This document shows positions 1 to 7,300 of a stretch of DNA of 64,000 nucleotides, one piece after another (the first letter of the stretch is position 1; each line of letters begins with the position of its first letter). This DNA is from Nibricoccus sp. (GTDB lineage: Bacteria; Verrucomicrobiota; Verrucomicrobiia; Opitutales; Opitutaceae), in NCBI GenBank assembly GCA_047602425.1, contig JASGHG010000001.1, positions 608,001 to 672,000 of the forward strand. Reading direction: 5' to 3'. A program made the translations under genes and the position numbers. The notes beneath the pieces were generated by a model. The model was not told where the DNA came from. It did not search any database and worked only from the letters and a program-made list of their open reading frames with translations.

Positions 1-683
1 CAGGCATTCGCATCCAACACCAGCGGGGTAATACCACGGCAGTCCTCGACGCCCTCGCGCAACAGGGCAGCCTCAAAGTCATTTCACGCCCGCGACTGCG
101 CACTCTTAACAATCAGCCGTCCGTCGTCCGTGTCGGCCAGGATTTGCCGGTTTTCCTTCGCCAGTCGATCGCCTCCACCGGCGATAATCCCATCGTCACA
201 ACCAACATCACCATCCAAACCATCACCGTCGGCACGGTGCTTTCCATCACGCCACAGGTTTCGGAGGATGGCCTCATCACTCTCGATATCACGCCCGCGG
301 TCAGCCGACTTGTCCGCATGGAGACAACCGGCACGGCCGACAATTCCGCGTCCGCACCCGTCATCGATATCCGGCAGGCGTCTTCCATTGTCCGTGTGCG
401 CGATGGCGCGACGATTGTCATGGGCGGTCTTGTGCAGGACAGCGCCACCACCTCGCGCCGCAAAATCCCCCTGCTCGGCGACATCCCTGTGCTCGGAAAA
501 GCCTTTACCAGCAAATCCGATGCCTCTGAGCGCACTGAATTAATTTTCTTCGTCACGCCACGCGTCGTGCACGATCTCGCCACCGAACAATCCGTCGTAC
601 CTAAAAACATGCAGTCCGACGGCAAAAAGGAAAACCTGCTCAGCAAGTTCGACGACTGGCCGAGCACGAAGATTTCGAAGTAA
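1..683 (+). CDS. Secretin (GspD/PilQ/MshL-like), C-terminal part; 5' end outside the window
   Basis: Frame open from position 3 (GIRIQHQRGNTTAVLDALAQQGSLKVISRPRLRTLNNQPS...). Contains secretin motifs GTVLSITPQV, VRDGATIVMGGL, KIPLLGDIPVLG and RTELIFFVTPRV. Confidence 0.9.
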   Translation, partial: GIRIQHQRGNTTAVLDALAQQGSLKVISRPRLRTLNNQPSVVRVGQDLPVFLRQSIASTGDNPIVTTNITIQTITVGTVLSITPQVSEDGLITLDITPAVSRLVRMETTGTADNSASAPVIDIRQASSIVRVRDGATIVMGGLVQDSATTSRRKIPLLGDIPVLGKAFTSKSDASERTELIFFVTPRVVHDLATEQSVVPKNMQSDGKKENLLSKFDDWPSTKISK

Positions 684-724
684 GGGCACGCGTCTGCCTG
701 CCGTTTCACCGCTAACTGCTGATG

Positions 725-793
725 ATGGAGGGCCGACTTCCACGTCGGCCGCTGGTTCGAGCAATTTGGCCGACGTGGAAGTCGGCCCTCCAT
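725..793. repeat. REP-like inverted pair; each arm is itself a palindrome
   Basis: ATGGAGGGCCGACTTCCACGTCGGCC (725-750) and its exact reverse complement (768-793). Confidence 0.85.
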
Positions 794-842
794 TTCAGCC
801 CATCTAAATTCGTGGTCGCTTGCCTCCGCCGCCTCGGTAGCC

Positions 843-1301
843 ATGTTGTGTTTCACCATGTCACGCCTCCTTCTTTTGGTCTTAACCCACGTCGCCCTGT
901 TTTGGGTCGCTCCATGCTCTGCGGCGGAACCGTTCAAGTCAGACGATGCCGATGTGCAGACACTGGTTTACACCAAATTCTTCGGCTTTGGCCCGATCAA
1001 CGACAAAGGCCAGATCTCCGAAGGCGAAGCCGCCTTGAAGCGGATCGTCAAACAAGAGGGCGGCATCAACAATCTCTTCATCGTCTTCGACCGAGCGACC
1101 CTGGCTGGAAAGTGCTACGCCTTGACGGGAATTCGTCATCTCTCCCCTAATTCTTTCGAGGGTTTCTGCAAACAGCTCGAAACATATAAATCGATGAGAG
1201 TGAAAACCGTGGTGGAAACCAAAATAGTCCAAGAACCCCTCGCCGACGTCATCAGCATGATTCGCACGGGACTTTACAGCAACTATCTCGTCACGGAGTG
1301 A
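843..1301 (+). CDS. Hypothetical exported protein
   Basis: 152-aa ORF with a signal-peptide-like N-terminus; fills the gap between the secretin gene and prfB. Confidence 0.65.
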   Translation: MLCFTMSRLLLLVLTHVALFWVAPCSAAEPFKSDDADVQTLVYTKFFGFGPINDKGQISEGEAALKRIVKQEGGINNLFIVFDRATLAGKCYALTGIRHLSPNSFEGFCKQLETYKSMRVKTVVETKIVQEPLADVISMIRTGLYSNYLVTE

Positions 1302-1312
1302 GCGGACCGGAC

Positions 1313-1472
1313 GACAGAAACCAGATGCCAGAAGCCAGCGGTCGGAGGTCGGAAGCAGAAGCTTCACGACACTTGAACGTTCAGCGTTAAACGTTAAGCG
1401 TTGAACATTTCCCAATTCCCCATTCCCCCATTCGACGTTGGAGGTTGAATGTCGGGCGTTGGATGTTCAGCG
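1313..1472. repeat. Four adjacent degenerate heptamer tandem arrays
   Basis: gacagaa/accagat/gccagaa/gccagcg/gtcggag/gtcggaa; ttgaacg/ttcagcg/ttaaacg/ttaagcg/ttgaaca; ttcccaa/ttcccca/ttccccc; ttcgacg/ttggagg/ttgaatg/tcgggcg/ttggatg/ttcagcg. Confidence 0.8.
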
Positions 1473-1484
1473 CACTTCGCCGGC

Positions 1485-2628
1485 TCAATCTTCCATTTTG
1501 ATGTCCTTGTTGCGATGCCGTGGGCAGCCCGCGCGCAACCAAGCGTAGATGAATCTATCCAGATCTCCGTCGAGCACGCCCTGCGTGTCGCTCGTATCCA
1601 CGCCGGTGCGCAGATCCTTAACCATTTGGTAGGGTTGTAACACGTAGCTGCGAATCTGGCTGCCCCAGCCAATTTCGCCTTTCTCGCCGTAGAATTTTTC
1701 CATCTCGCTGCGCTGTTCATCCTGCTTCTTTTCGTAGAGACGCGCTTTCAAGACGTTCATCGCGCTGGCGCGGTTCTTGAGCTGTGAGCGTTCGTTTTGG
1801 CAGACGACCACGATGCCGGTCGGAAGATGGGTCATGCGCACGGCCGAGTCGGTCGTGTTGACGCCCTGACCGCCCTTGCCCGACGAACGGTAAACGTCGA
1901 TGCGCAGTTCGCTCTCGGGGATTTCGATTTCGATTTCGTCGGTGATTTCCGCTACCACGTCGATGGCACAAAAGGAGGTGTGGCGGCGTTTGTTCGCGTC
2001 GAACGGGCTGATGCGCACCAAACGGTGCACACCGCGCTCGGCCTTGACGTAACCGTAAGCGTTTTCGCCTTTGATGAGAATCGTGGCCTTGCTGATGCCG
2101 GCTTGGTCGCCGACCTGCACGTCCTGCACTTCGATCTCGAAACCTTTGCGCTCGGCCCAGCGGTTGTACATGCGGAAGAGCATGTCGGCCCAGTCGTTGG
2201 ACTCGGTGCCGCCCGCGCCGGCCTGGATGGAGAGAATGGCGTTGTTCTTGTCGAACTGACCGCTGAGGAACGAAGCGATTTCCAACTTATCGAGTTCGCC
2301 GACCATGGCCTCGACATTGCTGTCGAGTTCTTTGGCGTATTCTTCCTGTTCGGCACCGGTCGCAGCCTCGACGAGTTCGATCATCACGGGAACGTCTTCG
2401 AGCTTTTTATTAAACGCGACCAGGCCGCCGATGGCGCGCTTCAGACCGTTGACCTTGGCAATGTGTTTCTGTGCCGCGATCTGGTTGTCCCAGAAGGTCG
2501 GCGCCCCCATCTGCGCTTCGAGGGCCTCTATTTCGCGCTGCTTTTGTTCGACGTCAAAGATACCTCCATAGGTATCCGGCTCGCTTCTTGATGTTCTCGA
2601 TGTGGGAAAATGTCTCGGGCGCGATCAT
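1485..2628 (-). CDS. prfB: Peptide chain release factor 2 (programmed +1 frameshift)
   Basis: GGQ (GKGGQGVN) and SPF motifs. A 24-codon upstream segment from ATG 2628 ([24 protein letters not shown]) ends in CTT TGA C. Confidence 0.97.
2553..2567 (-). promoter_or_regulatory. prfB programmed frameshift site
   Basis: Minus strand reads GGAGGT AT CTT TGA C: internal SD-like element followed by the canonical shift site. Confidence 0.95.
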
Positions 2629-2680
2629 GTTTGTAAGGGACAATGGCCGCGAATTCCGCCTTCAGGCGCAAGCGGAAATT

Positions 2681-3409
2681 TCAGCGAAGCCCGGCAAAGG
2701 TCACTTTTGGAAACGGATCATTCGTCTTCACCACGCCCAATCGGAACGCTTCGCGCGTGAGGTCCGCGCCGTTGTGCGCCCGAAGCTTACGCATCAAATG
2801 CGAGCGATGATTCTCGACCGTTTTGGCGCAAATGCCCAGCTGCGCTGCGATTTCCTTGTTGCTAAAACCCTCCGCGATCAGGCGCAAAACTTCATGTTCC
2901 CGGGCGGACAGTTCGCCATCCCTCTGCCGCGGACCGCCGCCCTGCAAGACCTCTCGCACCAAGTGGGTGATTTTCTCGCCAAAAAAAGCGCGCCCCTGCC
3001 CGACCACTTCGGCCGCCTGCATCAGAGTGGCCAGACTCGCCGTCGTTTCAACGACACCCAGCGCCCCTTTCTCGATGTAACGCATGATCGTGCGATCCTC
3101 GCAATCCGCAGCCATAACCAAAATGTTCACCCCAACGTTTGCCGCGGACAGGGTCCGGCAGACCTCCACGCCGCTCAAGCCCGCCAGATCCGTCGACAAC
3201 AGGACCACTCGCGGTTTGAGCTGAAAACAGGCGTCGAGCGTGCGACTTCCGTCACCCGAACCACCAACAACCTGTAATCCGGCGCGATTTTCGAAGCACT
3301 GTGCCAGGGCTTCGCGAAGCGCGAGTTGTCGCTCGGCGATAAAAACCGAAAGAATCCCTTTGTCGGCGCAGGTTCCGTTTTTTTTCAGGAAATCCGTCGA
3401 AGTACTCAT
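2681..3409 (-). CDS. NarL/LuxR-family response regulator with atypical receiver
   Basis: C-terminal LuxR HTH (LSAREHEVLRLIAEGFSNKEIAAQLGICAKTVENHRSHLMRKL). The receiver lacks the usual acidic residues. Confidence 0.88.
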   Translation of the reverse strand: MSTSTDFLKKNGTCADKGILSVFIAERQLALREALAQCFENRAGLQVVGGSGDGSRTLDACFQLKPRVVLLSTDLAGLSGVEVCRTLSAANVGVNILVMAADCEDRTIMRYIEKGALGVVETTASLATLMQAAEVVGQGRAFFGEKITHLVREVLQGGGPRQRDGELSAREHEVLRLIAEGFSNKEIAAQLGICAKTVENHRSHLMRKLRAHNGADLTREAFRLGVVKTNDPFPKVTFAGLR

Positions 3410-4113
3410 GATTGCCAGTCCTCGCTCCTGCTGCCCGTCGTGGCAGCGACCGCCGTCATGCCATCGCCGAGATCGACGATGCCCGTCCGGATGCCACAGC
3501 GAATCAACTCCGGCACGGTGTGCACGTTGAGCCGTTCCATCATCTGGTATTTGTGCACTTCAGCCGTGCGTGAAGAAATGCCTAGCACCGCCGCCACTTC
3601 CTTCATGGTTTTGCCTTGGGCAATCAATCGCAGAACCTCGATCTGCCTGGGAGTGAACGGATGCTCGGTCTGCATGTGCTCCTGCAGCGTAGAACCACGA
3701 ACCCAATTGTTCACCATGCCCTTTGCGATGAAGGGAGAGATGTAGGTGCGCCCGGCCAGAACCTCCTCCAAAGCGGAAATCAACTCCGCCCCCGCATCGT
3801 TCTTGGTCACGTATCCCGACACGCCGATGCGAAACGCCCGCATGACCACGTCGGTCTCGGACTGCATCGAGAGAATGACGATCTTCGCCTGATTTTTCTC
3901 GCGCAATAGAAGTTCGGCCGCATCCAGCCCGCTCAGTCGCGGCATGCCGATGTCGGTAACAATAAGTTCGGCTTTGTGCCTGCGGGCCAGTTGCAACAGC
4001 TCTTCGCCCGACGAGGCCTGCCCGACGATATCGAATTTTTGCGTCAGCAGATGGCGAAGCGCGTCGAGGAAAAGCCGGTGATCGTCAGAAATGATTATAC
4101 GTGGAAGTTTCAT
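3406..4113 (-). CDS. NarL/LuxR-family response regulator
   Basis: Receiver motifs IIISDDH, LIVTDIGMP and GYVTK, plus HTH FTPRQIEVLRLIAQGKTMKEVA. Start placed at MKLPR. Confidence 0.92.
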   Translation of the reverse strand: MKLPRIIISDDHRLFLDALRHLLTQKFDIVGQASSGEELLQLARRHKAELIVTDIGMPRLSGLDAAELLLREKNQAKIVILSMQSETDVVMRAFRIGVSGYVTKNDAGAELISALEEVLAGRTYISPFIAKGMVNNWVRGSTLQEHMQTEHPFTPRQIEVLRLIAQGKTMKEVAAVLGISSRTAEVHKYQMMERLNVHTVPELIRCGIRTGIVDLGDGMTAVAATTGSRSEDWQS

Positions 4114-5176
4114 GATTGAGAGCGTTAAAATTGAGCGGGATTTCGACCTCGACGCGCGCCCCACGGCCAGGGCTCGTGTCGATTTTCAAGGTGCCGGAGA
4201 AACTGCGGGCGCGCTCCTTCATGCTGATCAGCCCAAGGTTGGCTGGCGCGTCGTCGACGGTGAAACCCACGCCGTTATCCTCGATGGACAGTGTCAGCCC
4301 GGCGTTGTCCTGACGCAGCGTCACTCTCACCCGCGAGGCTTTCGCGTGTTTGATCACGTTTGAGAGCGCTTCCTGAACTATTCGAAAGAGGGAAATCGCC
4401 AGCGCGGGCGCCACTTCGACCCGGTCGCTGCCCAGTTGAAGCTCCAATTCCAGCCCGCCTTGGTCAGCCACTTTTTTGCAAAAATCCCGGATTGAGGCGA
4501 CCAGCCCGAATTTGTGCAGCGCGACCGGATGCAATTGGTGCGAAAAGCTGCGCAGCGCATTGCCGATTTCCACCGCATCCTTCTCCAACTGGTCGAGCTT
4601 GCGCGCCAGCACCGTATGGTTCCGCGCTTGATTGCGACGCAGGTTGCTAATCTGAAGCGCCTGGACGGCGAGTCGCTGGCAAATGTCGTCGTGTAATTCA
4701 CGGGCGACCCGAAGCCGCTCTTCCTCCTGGGCGTTGATCAGGCGCCGCGCGAGGCTGCGGATCTCGTCGTGACTCCGCTGTAACTCCGCCTGCGCCTGAT
4801 GGCGTTCGCTGACGTCGATCTGCATCAACAAGGCGCCATCCTGCGCGCCTTCCAGCGGAAAGATCAGAATTTGGTGCCAAGCTGGCTGTTCGGGATCGCG
4901 CGAACCGCATTCCAGCGCAAAGGGCTTCCCGTCGGGCTGCAAAACGCCATCCAACGCCTGCACCACCATCGCCTCGGCCGAACCCGCCGCCGGTTTCTTG
5001 TTTTTGCACGCGACTAGGTAGTTTTCTCCCACCACCGCCTCGCCCTCGGGACACTGCATGCTCACCGGACTGAGCGTGTTGCGACCGGAGGAGCGCACCA
5101 CCCCCTCCCGGTCCAGTATCAATATACGAACCGGCGACGTTTTCGCCTCCCGTGAATATTCAGGCCATGACCACAT
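4085..5176 (-). CDS. Cytoplasmic sensor histidine kinase (HisKA_3, NarX/UhpB type) with PAS-like N-terminus
   Basis: H-box EERLRVARELHDDICQ, N-box QEALSNVIKHA, DNGVGF and LGLISMKER. Confidence 0.92.
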   Translation of the reverse strand: MWSWPEYSREAKTSPVRILILDREGVVRSSGRNTLSPVSMQCPEGEAVVGENYLVACKNKKPAAGSAEAMVVQALDGVLQPDGKPFALECGSRDPEQPAWHQILIFPLEGAQDGALLMQIDVSERHQAQAELQRSHDEIRSLARRLINAQEEERLRVARELHDDICQRLAVQALQISNLRRNQARNHTVLARKLDQLEKDAVEIGNALRSFSHQLHPVALHKFGLVASIRDFCKKVADQGGLELELQLGSDRVEVAPALAISLFRIVQEALSNVIKHAKASRVRVTLRQDNAGLTLSIEDNGVGFTVDDAPANLGLISMKERARSFSGTLKIDTSPGRGARVEVEIPLNFNALNHETSTYNHF

Positions 5177-5479
5177 GACAATTATATACTTTTAGATGTG
5201 TTCTATACAAGCGTTCGTCATAATTTATTTACAAGCAACGCCGAAGGTTTTGGCCGCCCGCACTGCTGTTTTCTATGTGGGCAATTATATGTACCAAACA
5301 CAATAATTCGCAAGTACTTAACCCTGTAAAAAACGCAGGGATTATTACCTAGTTCCCATGGATATTTATACGGATGCGATCGGTCGAAATCCGTATGTAT
5401 ATACGTAATTTTACCTACCGGCATTATTACGTTTTTTTGCCATCTTATATAAAATACCTTCCGGCGCTATAGTGAATCC

Positions 5480-6238
5480 ATGCCGGGAATGGAATACATC
5501 ACATTCGAAATGCCGCTTGCCGTCGCGAGCCGGCGCCCGGATCCGATCCATCCAGCTTCCACCATGGTCACTGCATCAAACGTTCCAGCTATCCTGCGTC
5601 CCGGTTACGACCTTGAAGGGCGCTTTACCGAGGTGCTTTTTGCCCTTTCCACGATCCTAGTCTTCACCCTCGCAGTCGAGCGGTTGGTGAGCCCGGAGAA
5701 TGGCGGCGTGCATGCGCTGCTCGTCGCAACCACCGGCTACAGTCTCGCATGGGCCGTGTTTGTGGGCGTCATGTTTGCCGTGCATGCGATCAATCGCCGC
5801 GGAAAAATCGCCCGCTTCGCCAACAACTTCCGCCTGCGCCCCGACGAGGGCCGGGCCCTCGGTGAGATCCAGCAAGAGATGGATGCCACTCTCGCCGCAC
5901 TGACCAGCGAACCGATGCGCGAGCGGCTTCATTGGAACATTCTTTCCAATATTGCCCTGCTCGAACCGCCACCGGTGCGGCTGAAAGCGGCCGATTTGCT
6001 CGGAGCGTTGGCCACCACGCTACTTGTCTTCACCGCCACGGTTCCCGCGATCCTGCCCTTCCTGTGCTGCGAAATGCCGTGGATGGCCGTCCGCCTGTCG
6101 AATCTCGTCACCGTTTTGCTGCTTTTCGTCTGCGGCTATCACTGGGCTCGCTCCATGCGCATGCGGCCTTGGATCACCGCCACTTCCTTCGCCGGACTCG
6201 GGCTCATCGCGGTCTGGGTCAGCCTGAACATTCCTTAG
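5480..6238 (+). CDS. Membrane protein, VIT1/CCC1-like
   Basis: Several hydrophobic segments; C-terminal pattern ALATTLLVF..VPAILPF..AVRLSN..LLFVCGYHWA. Start uncertain. Confidence 0.6.
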   Translation: MPGMEYITFEMPLAVASRRPDPIHPASTMVTASNVPAILRPGYDLEGRFTEVLFALSTILVFTLAVERLVSPENGGVHALLVATTGYSLAWAVFVGVMFAVHAINRRGKIARFANNFRLRPDEGRALGEIQQEMDATLAALTSEPMRERLHWNILSNIALLEPPPVRLKAADLLGALATTLLVFTATVPAILPFLCCEMPWMAVRLSNLVTVLLLFVCGYHWARSMRMRPWITATSFAGLGLIAVWVSLNIP

Positions 6239-6271
6239 AAACACCTTTAACCCTTTTAACCCATTCCGCCT

Positions 6272-6640
6272 ATGATCACCGTCGCTCAACTTATCGTCGT
6301 CGTGGAAACCAGTCCCCGCATGCGCCAGAGCCTGGAGCAAATTCTTCAAGTTTCAGGTTATGACACAGCCCTCTTTTCCTCCGCTGAAGACATGCTCGCC
6401 GATCCCGGCGCATTGGAAGCCGATTGCTTCGTGGTTGACGTGAATTTGCCGTGCATGTCGGGCGTGGCCTTGAGAAAGGAACTATCGGCCCGCGGCAAAC
6501 TCGCTCCCGTGATCTTCCTGACCGACGAACGCGTACCCGCCGCCTTCGAGCGACACTTTCAAGCGCGCTTCCTTCAAAAGCCCTTCCGCGGCTACCGCCT
6601 GATCAGAGCCATTCGCACGCTGCTGAATGTGGAGGAGTGA
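6272..6640 (+). CDS. Single-domain response regulator receiver
   Basis: CFVVDVNLPCMSG, VIFLT and FLQKPF. Confidence 0.85.
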   Translation: MITVAQLIVVVETSPRMRQSLEQILQVSGYDTALFSSAEDMLADPGALEADCFVVDVNLPCMSGVALRKELSARGKLAPVIFLTDERVPAAFERHFQARFLQKPFRGYRLIRAIRTLLNVEE

Positions 6641-6672
6641 GCGCGGAAAAAACGCCCATTCTTCCGACTTGT

Positions 6673-7128
6673 TCAGGAATTCGGGGAATCTACCGCAACC
6701 GGCTGGTTCGTCAATGGTCTGCCGGCAGCGCGGCGCATCATTTCAGAACGTATAAAACCATACTTCTCATAAAGGCCGTGGGCGTCTCGCGTGCCGAGGA
6801 CACTTGTCGTAAACTTCACCACCGGGTGCTCGGTCACGCAGGCCATGAGCCATTTTCCCAGCCCCCTACCGCGCGATCCGTTTTCGATGAAGACATCGCA
6901 GATCCAAGAAAACGTTGCCTGATCTGTCACAACGCGGGCGAAGCCGATCTGCGCAAAGGGTTCTTTCCTGTACACCCCAAAGCAAATCGAATTCCGGATT
7001 GATGCCTCAACCGTGGCCCGCGTGCGACGCTCTGCCCAATAGGTTCGGTTCAGCTCGCGACAGATAAAATCGATATCGAGCCGTTGTGGATCGGTGCTAA
7101 CCAGATAGCCGTCGCGTTCGGTGTCCAT
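6673..7128 (-). CDS. GNAT N-acetyltransferase
   Basis: QIGFARVVTD, DVFI..RGRGLGKWLM and AHGLYEKYGF. Confidence 0.92.
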   Translation of the reverse strand: MDTERDGYLVSTDPQRLDIDFICRELNRTYWAERRTRATVEASIRNSICFGVYRKEPFAQIGFARVVTDQATFSWICDVFIENGSRGRGLGKWLMACVTEHPVVKFTTSVLGTRDAHGLYEKYGFIRSEMMRRAAGRPLTNQPVAVDSPNS

Positions 7129-7249
7129 ATTGGTCGACGGCGAAGGTGTGCGGTGAACGGAGCCGGCGCAAGCCCTGCGTCAGCAGTCGTGCTTGCGGGT
7201 TGGGTTGGAGAGTGCCCGAACCTTCGCCAATATTTGGTCGATGGCGGGT

Positions 7250-7287
7250 GTTTCCCGGAAGACGTGACCCACGTACTCCGGGAAAAC
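7250..7287 (-). terminator. Hairpin downstream of the glycoside hydrolase gene
   Basis: tttcccgga...tccgggaaa outer stem with an inner acgtg/cacgt stem. Confidence 0.5.
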
Positions 7288-7300
7288 TACTCAAATCAAC

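Noticed and set aside
1313..1472. CRISPR array (also considered for 24312-24438 and 31193-31314)
   Set aside because: Units are 7-12 nt, degenerate and lack unique spacers; no cas genes.
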